DNA from: Squalus acanthias
Taxonomy: Eukaryota
Direction of reading: 5' to 3'
Assembly (NCBI GenBank): GCA_030390025.1
Contig: CM059432.1
Location: 49,726,001-49,790,000, forward strand
Length of the DNA stretch: 64,000 bases
Shown: piece by piece, positions 39,656 to 52,373 of the stretch
Numbering within the stretch: the stretch's first letter is position 1
How the letters are laid out: the number at the start of each line of letters is the position of its first letter
The notes under the pieces: model-generated
Databases searched by the model: none
What the model was told of the DNA's origin: nothing
Seen by the model: only the letters and a program-made list of their open reading frames with translations
Translations under genes and position numbers: made by a program

Positions 39656-41270
39656 TATTTCCCCATCTTCAGCACTTTTGATGGATTCTCTCCAAGGATT
39701 TCCAGAGCTGCTTCCTTGTGGTTAACAGATTGGAGGTTTGCAGGGCTACTGCCTGTTGCTGCACTCTCCCTGTTGTTGTGGGCTGTCTTTTTCTTCAAAA
39801 ACTGTACAAAGAGAAGTAGCTAATGTTACCATGACATCCAGTAATCATGTGTCAGCAGGTAACCCATAATGGGTCGGATGACATGTGAATGCAACGGGCA
39901 GCCACATTACATGGGAGGCTTCTTATGCTGAATTCTCGAGATGTAGAAAGTATATACAGACCCTTAATTTTAATATTTCTTAATGCTTTGCCAGGCAAAA
40001 AGGTTCAACAAAGTGGAATAAAATTGGTAAATGTAACAAGCAGTCTTTCACTGATAAGGCAGGAAACATGGTTGTGACTGCAGGGGGTAGTGATAGTCAA
40101 CAGAGATAAACAAACCCCGAGTATTGTAGACATGGTGTCTCTGGTGACCTTTGAGGTGAGAAGTCAAACCTTTGAAGTTTTGAAATGCAGAATATGATGG
40201 AACTCATGAATCGAACCAAGTGGTTTTCTGCCACCTTTGTAAACTTAAGAGTGAATGAACAATTTTGGGCTGTGATAAGGACAAACTGAATAATAATCAC
40301 ACAGGATGTGTGATTGTAAACGTTTGACAGCTCAAAACAGCTCAGACCAACATTAAAAGGAAGATTTCACTATCTCTGAATGAATGATTTAATGCAAAAG
40401 ACAAGGAAAGCTGTATAAAAACATGGTGGCTAAAGAAAATCAGCACTGCAGTCAGAAGAAGGTGGCTTGGCCAGTCATCTCGCCTACGAGGATCAAGCTG
40501 CAGTCAGAGGAAGGAGGGGCCTGGCCAATCTTTTCGCTTACGAGGACCTACAGTCAACGCTGGACGGAACATCGGCGGGTGGTTGTATGTATAATTCTTG
40601 TAATATTATTGGTGAACTGCTCGAATAGTGGTCATGATGCTGTACCTGACAAAGGAGCAGAGCTCCGAAAGCTCGTAATTTCAAATAAAACTGTTGGACC
40701 ATAACCTGGTGTTGTGAGACTTCTCATTTTTGCTTGAATAGTGGTTGGGGTTTTGAATCTGTCTCAGGAATAAAAAAGGTTAAAGACAGAACCCGTGTGT
40801 CTGGTGTAATTTCTCATAAGTCTCAAGTCCGAACTCAATAACCTGTTGGATGGGGCGAGGGGTAATTCCGCATGTCCTACAGAGATTGAGTGTGAAAGAG
40901 CAGTTCCAGGTGAAAGCTGGAGGTATATGTTTCATTTGCATTCATTGTAAGCATCTGAACTACTTTAAGAGAATGGGACGAGAGATAATTGGAAGTGGCA
41001 AGCATGCATAGTACAGTCTGTTAAGAGAAAGTCTGCTTCTCTTACCTTGGCTGACCTGATAAAGTTAAAGCTTCTTCCTGCACTGTTTCCAAGGGTGTGA
41101 AGTGGTGGGGTTGGCAGTGATGGATGTGGTAAACTTTCAATTCCCTTGGACAGCTTTTATTAGGATGCTGCTTCTCTCCATTCCAAAGACATGTTACGCG
41201 TCTACCAATCTGGACCTCAACAAGTGAGCTCTCAGTCAGAGGTGTTGTTGACACCTGGAGCTCACCCATT
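39656..41270 (-). pseudogene. Highly decayed Harbinger Myb/SANT gene (exon 1 about 41047-41270, exon 2 about 39656-39800)
   Basis: WKQCRKK...IRSAK followed by GTAAG, and KKTAHNNRESAATGSSPANL..EAALEILG after a pyrimidine tract/AG. Same exon layout as 6870 and 54971. Confidence 0.65.
40073..40843 (+). mobile_element. Probable old solo LTR with about 52-bp internal tandem repeat and a Penelope-like insert (about 40640-40730)
   Basis: Starts TGTGAC, ends AATAACC, flanks TGGT/TGTT. TATAAAA at about 40415 and AATAAA at about 40769. Repeat units at 40446-40497 and 40498-40547. Confidence 0.45.
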
Positions 41271-41689
41271 AGTATAATCAGGAAATTACAGTGGGGCCAG
41301 TGGCGAGCACATCAGGTGGATGCCAATCACACACTGCGCCAGTTCTATTTGGGCTCACACCCCATTGGAAAATCTGAGATTATGAGCTATCCTGGGAGAG
41401 GTGAAGAAATGTTTCAAAGCGGGGCCAGTAATGACACCCGAGATATATAAACCACTGGAGATAAACCATTGCCTGCAAACCCACACTCCAACACAAGTAT
41501 GTTTAGTGGTTTAACCTTTTATTGTATCTGTTGTAAGTTATTGAATATTATTGTAAATGAAGCAGACTTTTGTCCACCTTCCACTATATTTTCAGCATGA
41601 ATGAGGTGATAGCAGGACAAAAATAGAGAACAAAATCACCAAGTTTCCACCGGAGACCTGCCTGTTGCCAACTCAGAACAGGCCTCGAT

Positions 41690-42250
41690 TTAAGCAGTCA
41701 GCGCTCCTTCAGGAAATAGGCAGGAGTCTAACAAATATATTTAAATGAGGGTCTTATGGCGATTAGAACTCGGATGCCATTTTTTTTTTGTTAGTGCTGC
41801 CGCCGCTCTTCCTAACCCCACCGACAAATCGTGGGTGGTAAAGGACAGCAAACAGCCAGTTCCACCACTATTTAAAGGGGCAATCACCTGCTCTAATTTC
41901 AATCACTGTAACCATTTGGTAGCCATCTTGCTTCTTTTTCTCAATCATTTTTTGGTGCAGAATCTCTTTTGTTGCTTGTAGCTGGACAACATTCAGGAAG
42001 CTTTAGGTGGTACTTTCAATAGACCTTTTCTGAAAATGGGAACCCTTTGGCCATTCCATTCTGAGTAGAGGAGGAAGAGAAGCAGCAACAGGGGGAACCA
42101 CCACATGGAGCTGCAGGGAGACCACAGAGGAGGAGGAGAGCTGGCAGAAATCCTTACCCTCCTAACAGGGTGTATGGGCCCAGAGTTACATACAGCACTG
42201 AGCAGCACATATGGAGACTGTCACACACGTGTCCTGTGCCACCCATGATG
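41690..42250 (+). mobile_element. Harbinger remnant with transposase N-terminus
   Basis: RRRRAGRNPYPPNRVYGPRVTY..EQH..RL at about 42128-42220 matches the Harbinger transposase N-terminal motif. Confidence 0.55.
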
Positions 42251-42814
42251 TGTAGCCAGGTTTAGGAACAGGTGGTGGCAGCACGGACTGAGGCCATGGT
42301 GGGATTTGAACAAGAATTGCTAGAATTATAGTTCTGGCTGAAGCTGTTATTGGCATAGCAATACACCAGAGGCTTTTTCCAGCATTAAGGCCTCGAAAGT
42401 CGCAGACTTACTGCTTTCCGTTAAGGCACATTTCTGGAAAAAAAATGGCGGCCGCCTCACTTCTGCCGCGAGACTCGGCGGCTACCATTTTGGTGAGGGC
42501 CATAGCGCTGCCATAGAAATGTAAATCAGCGGAGCGTGACATCAGTAGCCGTGCAACGACATGACATCACATCTGTAAACTGACCTTTCATTTACTTTAC
42601 TGCCGGGTCCTAAGCACGCTCAGAAAAGCGTGCATGCAGCAGACCTACTGAGACCCTGTCATTGCTTCTTAAAGGGCCACACACATCTTTCAGGTAAGTT
42701 TGGATGAAAGCTTTTGAGCTGTATTTTTTAATATCTTCTTGAAGTAGTGGCTTGGTGCAATAGATGTTAAAAGTTTTTAAAGTATACAGGGAGTGCTGCT
42801 GAATGCTTCCAAAG

Positions 42815-45663
42815 CTTTGCTGGGAGTGTACTATAGGCCCCCAAACAGTCAGGGGGAGATAGAAGAACAGATATGTAAGCAAATCTCAGAAGTGTAGAAA
42901 TAACAGGGTAATAATAGTAGGGGATTTCAACTTCCCCAATATTAACTGGGAGAGTCAGTGTGAAAGGCTTAGAGGGTGCAGAATTTTAAGTGCATCCAGG
43001 AGAGCTTTTTGAGCCAGCATGTAGAAAGTCCTACAAGAGGGGGACCTAATTCCAGGGAATGTAGCCGGGCAAGTGGTAGATGTGTCAGTAGGAGAGCATT
43101 TTGGTGACAGTAACCATAATTCGGTGAGATTTAAGGTTGTCATGGAAAAGGACAAAGTTGGACTGGAAATAAAGATTCTAAATTGGGGAAGGCCGATTTT
43201 AATATAAGGCAGGATCTGGCCAAAGTGGACTGGGATCAGCTACTTGTAGGAAAATCCACATCAGAGCAGTGGGAATCATTCAGAAAGGAAATAGAGAGAG
43301 AGTACAGCACCAACATGTTCCCGTAAAAGGTCAAGGGTGGGACCAACAAGTCCAGGGAACCCTGGATGTCGAGGGATATACAAGAATGGATTAGGAAAAA
43401 AGGGAGGCTTTTGGCAGATACAAAGGGCTAAAAACAGTGGAAGCCCTAGAGGAGGAGTATAGAAAGTGCAGGGGGGTACTTAAATAAGAAATTAGGAGAG
43501 CGAAGAGGGGGCATGAAAAAACACTGGTGGGCAAAATAAAGGAAAATCCCAAGGTGTTTTATAAGTATATTAAGGGCAAGAGGATAACTAGGGAAAGAGT
43601 AGGGCCCATTAGGGACCAAAGTGGCAATCTGTGTGTAGAGCCGGAAGATGTAGGTGAGGTTTTAAATTAATATTTTGTATCTGTGTTCACTATGGAGAAG
43701 GACGATTTAGGCATAGAAATCAGGCAGGGGGATTGAGATATACTTGAACAAATTAGCATTGAGCGGGAGGAGGTACTAGTGGGTTTAGCGGGCTTAAAAG
43801 TGGATAAATCCCCAGGCCCAGATGAGATGTATCCCAGGCTGCTGTGAGGCAAGGGAGGAGATTGCAGGGGCTTCGACAAGTTTTCAGAACCTCTCTGGCC
43901 ACAGGGGAGGTGCCAGAGGACAGCTAACGTAGTACCATTATTCAAGAAGGGTAGTAGGGATAAACCAGGGAATTAGAGGTCAGTGAGCCTAACATCAGTG
44001 GTAGGGAAATTATTGGAAAAAATTCTGAGGGACAGAATTAGTCTCCACTTGGAGAGGCAAGGGTTAATCAAGGATAGTCAGCACAGCTCTGTCAGGGGGA
44101 GATCATGTCTAACCAATTTGATTGAATTTTGAGGGGGTGACTAGGTGTGTGGTTGAGGGTAGTGCAGTTGATGTAGTCTACATGGACTTCAGTAAGGCTT
44201 TTGACAAAGTCCCACATGGGAGACTGGTCAAGAAGGTAAGAGCCCCAGGGATCCAGGGCAATTTGGCACATTGGATCCAAAATTAGCTTAGTGGCAGGAG
44301 GCAGAGGGTGATGGTCGAAGGTTGTTTTTGTGACTGGAAGCCTGTGTCCAGTGGTGTACTGCAGGGATCAGTGCTGGGTCCTTTGCTGTTTGTAGTGTAC
44401 ATTAATGATTTAGATATGAATGTAGGAGGTACGATCAGCAAGTTCGCAGATGACACGAAAATTGGTGGAGTGGTAAATAGCGAGGAGGGAAGCCTCAGGC
44501 TACAGGACGATAGACGGGTTGGTCAGATGGGCAGAACAGTGGCAAATGGAATTTAACGCTGAAAAGAGAGAGGTGATGCATTTTGGGAGGACTAACAAGG
44601 CAAGGAATACACAATGAATGGTAGGACCCTAGGAAGGACAGAGGATCACGGTGGCATAGTGATTAGCACAGTTGCCTCACAGCGCCAGGGACCGGGGTTA
44701 GAATCTGGCCTCGGGTAACTGTCTGTGTCGAGCTTGCACAGTCTCCCCGTGTCTGCGTGGGTTTCCTCCGGGTGCTCTGGTTTCCTCCCACAGTCCAAAG
44801 ATGTGCGGGTTAGGTTGATTTGGCTATGATAAATTGACCCTTAGTGTTAGGGGGGGGGGGATTAAATATGTGGGGTTACGGGGATAGGATGGGATGTGTG
44901 TCAGTGCAGGCTCGATGGGCCGAAATGGCCTCTATCTGCACTGTGGGGATTCTGTGATTCTGTGATCAGAGGGACCTTGGTGTGCATGTACATAGATCCC
45001 TGAAGGCAGCAGGACAGTAGATAAGGTGGTTAAGAAGGCATATGGGAAACTTGCCTTCATTAGCCGAGGCATAGAATATAAGAGCAGGGAGGTTATGATG
45101 GAGCTATACAAAACATTAGTTAGGCCACAGCTGGAATGCTGTGTGCAGTTCTGGTCACCACACTATAGGAAGGATGTGATTGCATTGGAGAGGGCGCAGA
45201 GGAGATTCACCAGGATGTTACCTGGGCTGGAGCATTTCAGCTATGAAGAGAGACTGGACAGGCTGTTTTCCTTAGAGCAGAGAAGGCTGAGGGGGGAACC
45301 TGATTGAGGTGTACAAAATTATAAGGGACATAGATAGGGTAGACAGAAAGGAACTTTTCTCCTTAGTAGAGGGGTCAATAACCAGGGGGGCATAGTTTCA
45401 GGGTAAGGGGCAGGAGGTTTAGAGGAGATTTGAGGAAAAACTTTTTCACCCGAGGGTGGTTGGAATCTGGAACTCACTGCCTGAAAGGGTGGTAGAGGCA
45501 GGAACCCTCAACATTCAAGAAACATTTAGATGAGCACTTGAAACACCATAGCACACAAGGCTACAGACCAAGTGCTGGAAAATGGGATTAGAATAGATAG
45601 GGCTTGATGGCCGGTGCGGACACGATGGGCTGAAGAGCCTCTTTCTGTGCTGTATAACTCTGA
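42815..45663 (+). mobile_element. CR1 (same family as 19499-23201), ORF2 frameshifted, interrupted by a V-SINE
   Basis: Collinear with the reverse complement of 19510-22080. Motifs GVLQGSVLGP, FADD, LVRPQLE. Confidence 0.93.
44649..44963 (+). mobile_element. V-SINE (HE1-like tRNA SINE)
   Basis: tRNA head GGTGGCATAGTGATTAGC. V-domain TCTCCCCGTGTCTGCGTGGGTTTCCTCCGGGTGCTC..CCCACAGTCCAAAGA. CR1-type tail GATGGGCCGAAATGGCC..(GATTCTGT)n. GATCA TSD. Confidence 0.9.
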
Positions 45664-45804
45664 CATCGGATGGTAAAGGAAGGCCTCCGAGAAGACAGAA
45701 AATGCTGGAAATACTCAGATCAGACAGCATCCACAGAGAGAGAAACAGAGTTCACGTCTCAGGTTGAGATGCTGCCTGCTTTTATTTCAGATTTCCAGCA
45801 TCCG

Positions 45805-47202
45805 CTCGCAGAGGGAAGAGGAAGACGCGGAAGATGAGGACACAGAAGGATGTAATCCAGACAGCTCCTTTCTGGCTGGGATATCCGGGATGGAATCATC
45901 CACCTGCGGTACCAGTGACCACAACCCCAATTCCCCTTTCAACATTTGTCCCACACCTTACCTTCCTGCTGTTACTGACCATCACAGCGTCCTCTTGGCC
46001 ACAATGCTGAAATAAAAGCCACCACAAAGCAAATATTCCAAACCAACTTTATACATCTATCCATCCAATATGACATCAAGAAATCAACTCATCACCCTTA
46101 TGCAATCCCTTAGTGACTGTCTTGTGTGTGCCTTTGCCTATCCTACTGATGTCACACAGTGCTACTCCAGGGCTGGTGGAAGGCTGCCGACTTTTTGGGG
46201 TATACTGCAGACGGCCTTGCAGGATGACTGGTGGCTGCAAGTGTCAAATCGAGTAACGGTGTTTCTTCACTCTCCTTTGCCTCTTCTTGGTCAACCACTG
46301 TCTGGGCAGGCTGCATTTCTTGGGTGTGTGAAATGATGAAGGCATATGGGTAGATTTGTGATGAGGGGGAGGGCGGGATGGCAAGAGGTGCATGAGAGAA
46401 GGAAGATAACGTATGAGGATACCAGCATCTTGTATCCTTTCAGCCCCGCCTCTGACCAAGGGCTCAGCCATGCCCCTGCCAAGAATGGCCAGCACCATCT
46501 CCTCCAAGGGGGTGAGGTGAAGCTTCACTGACCTTGATGAAACTGAGGTGATGAAACTTCTTTGGTCCCTGGAGCCAGGTGGTGGGGGTGACACTACTGG
46601 CAGTACAGCCTTGGTGATCTAGTCCCACATCCTTCTTTCTGGTGGGCCTCCTGGCACCTGTGGGTAGAGGACCTCTCTTGCAGTGTTGACCCCCTGCACA
46701 AAGCTGGAGTGCTCTGAGAGCCCCTGGGTACCCTTTCCGTGGCTTGTTGAGCCATTTGTGTTAGTGCTGAAGCACTTTTACCATTTTTTTTGGGTGCAGA
46801 AGGTAGTTCAGCTTTAAGAGCTGAAGGCTGCCTTTTGGGAATTATTTTTAATAATTTTTTTTTTCAGAAGGCAGTTGAGCTCCAAGGGCTAAAAACTGCC
46901 TATTTATAAAGTATTTTTTATCTTTTTCCATTTTAGAAGGCAGTTCCCCTTTCAGGGACCAACACTGCTTTCTAAAATGGCAGCCTTGTTTTAAGACACT
47001 GCTGTTCTTGTTTCCGGAATGCTATGGTCACGTTACATTGGGCCTCCTGCCGAGAGTAGCACCAGAAAAATAGGGTTGCACAGTAAGTTTAGCGCTCCAC
47101 TAATCTAAATTTGCAGGCAGCCTGTGCTATGAATTTGGGTGTCCGCTAACTTTGGCCCACAGTGGCATCGGCAGGTTTCCAGTGTATTGGAATTCCTAGG
47201 TC
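45805..47202. mobile_element. Harbinger right part with decayed Myb gene (-) and acidic transposase C-terminal remnant (+)
   Basis: LTPLEEMVLAILGRG (Myb exon 2-like). Exon-1 remnant at 46570-46770 matches 38250-38430. End GGAATTCCTAGGTC followed by TAA. Confidence 0.6.
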
Positions 47203-47369
47203 TAAGTTTCCAGAGACCAAATGGCTAATCACCAAGCTTTGAGCCTGACTGACAATATCTAAGCTCCGTATCAAATCTCTTCAAATATCCTACTCCATCC
47301 CGGACAGATCAGTGACATAAAAAACTCATCCATCAACACTGAGCTCAGGATTTTAAAATAATTCAGTCT

Positions 47370-47753
47370 CAACATGTGGACATTGCTGGAAAGGTTGGCA
47401 TTTATTGCCCATCCTTAGTTGTCCTTATAGAACTGAATGGCTTGCTACACCACTTCAGAGGGCAGTTAAGAGTCAACCACATTGATGTGGGACTGGAGTC
47501 ACATATAGCCCAGATCAGGTAAGGAGGGCAGGTTCCCTCCCAAAAGGGCATTAGTGAAGCAGTTGGGTTTTTATAACAATCTGAAAGCTTTATGGCCACT
47601 TTTACTGATACCAGCTTTTTATTTCCTCATTTTTAAAAACCTGAATTCAAAGTCTCAAACGGCCATGGTAGGATTTGAGCAAACATTGTCTCAATTATTT
47701 GCCCAGATCTTTGGATTACTAATCCAGTAACAACCACTATACCACCATACCCC
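47370..47753 (-). mobile_element. Short bipartite retroposon: tRNA-like head + 5' UTR joined to the 3' tail of the ORF1-less LINE
   Basis: 47430-47753 matches 54455-54695/63468-63540, and 47370-47425 matches the LINE 3' end at 50460-50515. Confidence 0.78.
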
Positions 47754-47779
47754 CAAATTTAATGGGTTAATGCAATATC

Positions 47780-48432
47780 AACTCTCTCTCACTCTTCACC
47801 CCTAACTTTTCTGACTCACATTGGCTCCTGGTCCCCCAATGTCGCAATATAAAATTCTCATCTTTGTTTTTAAATATCCATGTCCACACCATTTCATAAC
47901 TAACCTCCTCCAGCCCTACAATCCTCCCCCATCAAACTTCCTGTTTTTCTGACTCTGACCTCTGGTGCATGCCTTCAACCGAACATTGGCTATTGTGATT
48001 TCAGCTATCCGAGGCCCCATGCTCTGTAATTCCCTCCCTAAACCTTACCAACTCAGTACATTCCTCTTCTCTTTTAAGAACCTCCTTAAAAACCCAATCT
48101 CTTTGACCAAGTGCTCAGTCACCCCTCCTAATCTCTCATTACAACAGTGATTACACTTCAAAAAGAGAACTTCATTAGCTGTAAAGCACTTTGGGATGTC
48201 CAGTGGTCATGAAAGGCACTATATAAATGCAAATATTTCTTTTTTAGCTTCCTGTCCAAATTTTCTTATGCCTCAAGAGTCTTGGCACATTTTCTATGTT
48301 AAAAGGTGCTATATAAATGCAAGTTGTTGTAGACTATTTAAAAAGCTGTAAAGAATTAAGTGGTCATAAATCTCATTTGCGCTTTGTGCAAAATGGCTGC
48401 TGCATTTGCCTATATAACAGTCACTGCACTTA
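47780..48432. mobile_element. L2 3' fragment (+) with DeuSINE tail fragments
   Basis: SHWLLVPQ..YKILIFVFK, L2 3' end CTATATAAATGCAAGTTGTTGT at 48309-48330, and DeuSINE tail at 48137-48245. Confidence 0.65.
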
Positions 48433-49534
48433 CATAGATACATAGATACATAGAAGATAGGAGCAGGAGTAGGCCATCCGGCCCTTCGAGCCTGCTCCGC
48501 CATTTAATGAGATCATGGCTGATCCTCCAATTCAGTATCCCGTCCCCGCCTTCTCTCCGTAACCCTTAACCCCTTTTGCCTGTAGAAATATATCTAATTC
48601 CCTCTTAAATATATTTAATGAGCTGGCGTACACTGCCCTCTGTGGCAATGAGTTCCACAGGTTCACCACCCTCTGAGTGAAGAAATTCCTCCTCATTTCT
48701 GTCCTAAATGGTTTAGCCCTTATCCTTAAATTATGTCCTCTAGTTCTGTTCTCACCCGCCAAGGGAAACATTCCTTCTGCATCTAGTCTGTCTAGACCTG
48801 TCAGAATTTTATACACTTCTATGAGGTCCCCTCTCAATCTTCTAAACTCCAGTGTGTACATCCCTAAACTACATAGTCTCTCCTCATAGGTCAATCCCGC
48901 CATTCCTGGTATCAGCCTGGTGAATCGCCGCTGCACCCCCTCCATGGCAAGAACATCTTTCCTCAGATGAGGCGACCAAAACTGTACACAGTACTCGAGG
49001 TGTGGTCTCACCAGTGCCCTGTACAGCTGCAGCAAGGTATCCCTGTTCCTGTATTCCAACCCTTTTGCTATGAAGGCCAGCATACCGTTTGCCTTCTTGA
49101 TCGCCTGTTGCACCTGCATGCTCGCCTTCAGTGACTGGTGTACAAGAACACCCAGGTCGCTCTGTACTTCCCCCTCTCCCAATTTATTGCCATTTAAATA
49201 ATAATTTGCCCTCCCGTTCCTGCACCCAAGGTGGATAACTTCGCACTTGTCCACATTATAGTGCATCTGCCATTTATCCGCCCAATCACCCAGTCTGTCC
49301 AAATCGCTCTGGAGCTTCCTGGTCTCCTCCTCTGAGCCCACCCCCCCTCCTAGTTTAGTGTCGTCTGCAAATTTGGAAATGCTGCATCCGACTCCCTGAT
49401 CCAAGTCATTAATGTAAATTGTGAACAGCTGGGGACCCAGGACAGATCCCTGTGGTACCCCACTTGTTACTGCCTGCCATTCAGAAAATGAGCCGTTTAT
49501 TCCAACTCTCTGTTTTCTATCTGACAGCCAGTTC
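48433..49534 (-). mobile_element. Young CR1 3' fragment, near-identical to 193-1296
   Basis: Intact ORF 48532-49536 and the same octamer tail. About 5 differences seen by eye over about 1.1 kb. Confidence 0.95.
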
Positions 49535-50809
49535 ACTTCATATCATATCTCTCCGAATTGGCATATGCTAAGAGAATATACAAATGCAAGTCATCTTTCC
49601 CCCCCCCCTCTCTGAAGCTATCCAGATCAATATTAGGTAAGAATTAATGCTACTATGGATGGGGCCTTGGGTAAATTTAACACTCTTGGCATACACTGGG
49701 AGTACACATTGAAATATTGGGTGTTGAGAATAGCTTGCTTGTTATGCATCCTGCTTGATTTTACATTCATTAAATTTAATGGATGGCAAATGAAGCAGGC
49801 TGTGTAATAAGCACACCAATATTCTGATATATATTCTTTACATCAGATGCTCTGCACTCGGAGCACAAGTAGAAAATGGTCTCTGTAGAGCTACTTATGT
49901 TTTTTTCCCTCACATCAACAGTATTGAAAATTTGTGATACATGTATGAAGTGATGTTATTGAGTAAGCAATGACATCAGCACATGTATGGTTGCAGATAG
50001 GAAACAGCATTCTGGAAGGCAAAATACCTGTGTTACAGGGTCCTATCATCTCAGAGCCTCCATTCCTCAACAGTAGTCCTTGAACAATCCAAGTTCCAAA
50101 CACCTTTTTCTTAATGCCCAGACCACACAGTATGTCTTTCAGCTCTCCAATTCCCAGCCTCTTTCAACCCTTCCCAATTGACGCTTCCCAATTATGCTCA
50201 CCTGGCTGGGGAAAGTCTCCTCCCACTCAAGGAGAAATTATCTTAAAAGGGGAGGTTCTTAAAGGGGCCAAACCCTTACTCAGGAATCATAACCCTCATC
50301 AGCCTATGGCTGACATATGGGCTCTCAATCATACTGCGACACCTTCTAATATACTTGTTGTTGAGATTATGTTTGAAAATTGTAATAAATTTAAGGTGAT
50401 AATATGGATTATACATTTTGTTTGAAATTTGACTCTTTGACTTTTTTTTATTCGTTCATGGGATGTGGGCGTCGCTGGCAAGGCCAGCATTTATTGTCCA
50501 TTCCTAATTGCCCTTGAGAAGGTGGTGGTGATCCGCCTTCTTGAACCACTGCAGTCCATGTGGTGAAGGTACTCCCATAGTGCTGTTAGTGAGGGAGTTC
50601 CAGGATTTTGACACAGCGACGATGAAGGAACGGTGATATATTTCCTAGTCAGGATGGTGTGTGACTTGGATGGAACTTTTAGGTGATGGTGTACCCATGC
50701 TCCTGCTGCCCTTGTCCTTCTAGGTGGTAGAGGTCACGGGTTTGGGAGGTGCTGTCAAAGAAGCCTTGGCGAGTTGCTGCTATGCATCTTGTATCCATGG
50801 TGCACTGGT

Positions 50810-51210
50810 CCTCTTTTGTTGAACCAATTAACTGTAAATTAATAGAACTTTAAATAAAACTTATCAAATTAAATTAAAATTACATTGGCCGGGGTGATGA
50901 TGCACTCCAGTACCCGCGGCACCCACCAGTCTCGGAAGGCCTCAAATGTGCCGGCGGACACCGCGTGCTCCATCTCCAGGGCCACCCGGGCGCGAACATA
51001 GCCGCGGAAGAGAGGCAGGCAATCGGGCCGAACCACCCCCTCGACCGCCCACTGCCTGGACCTGTTAATGGCCACTTTGGCCAGGCCCAGGAGCAGTCCT
51101 ACGAGGAGGTCCTCCAACCTGCCTGCTCCCCTCCGCAGCGAGTGACTGAAGATCAGGAGCGTGGGACTGAAGTGCAACCAAAAATCGAGGAGCAGCCCCT
51201 TCAAATAATG
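50810..51210 (-). mobile_element. Tx1/L1-clade LINE 3' fragment
   Basis: C-terminus FSPTLLIF..LLLGLAKVAINRSR..LFRGYVRARVALE..FRDWW. 11-bp TSD GGTGCACTGGT at 50799-50809 and 51211-51221. Confidence 0.8.
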
Positions 51211-51724
51211 GGTGCACTGGTGGTGGAGGGTGTGATTAGGGTGCCAATCAAGTGGACAGCTTTGTCCTGGATAGTGTCGAACTTCTTGAGTGTTGTTGCA
51301 GCTGCATTCATCAAGGCAAGTGGAGAGTATTCCATCACACACTTGACTTGTGCCTTGTAATTGTAGAAAGGTTTTGGGGGGGTGAGACACTCGCCGCAGA
51401 ATACCCAGCCTCTGACCTGCTCTTGTTGCCACTGTATTTATGTGGCTGGTCCAGTTAAGTTTCTGGTCAATGGTGACTCCGCAGGATGTTGATGGTGGCG
51501 ATTCGGTGATAGTAATGCTGTTGAATGTCAGGGGACAGTGGTTAGACTCTTTCTTGTTGGAGATAGTCATTTCCTATCACTTGTGTGGCATGAATGTTAC
51601 TTGCTACTTATCAGCTCAAGCCTGAATATCATCCAGGTCTTGCTGCATGCAGGCACAAGCTGCTTCATGTATCTGACAAGTTGCGAATGGAACTGAACAC
51701 TGTGCAATCATCAGCGAACATCCC

Positions 51725-52373
51725 TGTTAAGCTGTCAACCTCCTTTCTCCTCTGGTTCACACAATACGTTTCAAGTAAGCACAAGACTTCGTATTGGGGT
51801 ATACGAAACAGACTTTATTGATGCACAGAAAGCTGATCGCCCTTTAACAGAGAGTGGCTTTTTGGTTACAAGTTCTATCAAGCTCACTCTGAGATACTGT
51901 TGAAAACCATGATCCTTTATACACCATATTTTGACTACATCAAAGGAAATGTCATAGATAAGCCTGTATGACATATCTATTTCCCAAATCCTTTTAAAAC
52001 AGACTATTTATGTAAGCAGTTTACTTCAAAACCACTTCGCCGACATGAAACTTCCTGACTTAACAGTTGCTAGACTCTTTGAAGTAAAAGCTTTACCAAC
52101 TGTTATCTGTATCTAATGGATCCTTGCTGCCCATGTTGATTACCCTAAAACTAAATCACTCATGGGTGACGTCATTACTAACACTTATTCCCTTACACAA
52201 GCACTTTACATCTCAGAAAACAAGCAATGCATTCCTTTTACGGCACTTCAAAGTCATCCTGTTTACATACTGGAAAGCCGGGAAAGCCTGTTAATCCAAG
52301 ATACAATGAAGTTTGACTGTTAACCCTTAACTCCCTAAGATGTCCAACATAAATCTCTCCAGGATGTCCAGCA
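51725..52373 (-). mobile_element. Solo LTR (649 bp)
   Basis: TGTTAA..CCAGCA ends and perfect 5-bp TSD ATCCC. It splits the LINE GMFADD codons. AATAAA on the minus strand at about 51814. Confidence 0.88.

Noticed and set aside
40446..40556. CRISPR-like repeat array
   Set aside because: Only about two degenerate adjacent units without unique spacers, in vertebrate LTR-like DNA.
50799..50809. Tx1 target as U2 snRNA (Keno-like specificity)
   Set aside because: The GGTGCAC resemblance to the U2 3' end is short and the flanks are LINE sequence.
50869..51570. 233-aa ORF as a novel fusion gene
   Set aside because: Chance read-through from a decayed LINE RT into the nested Tx1 fragment bounded by a TSD.
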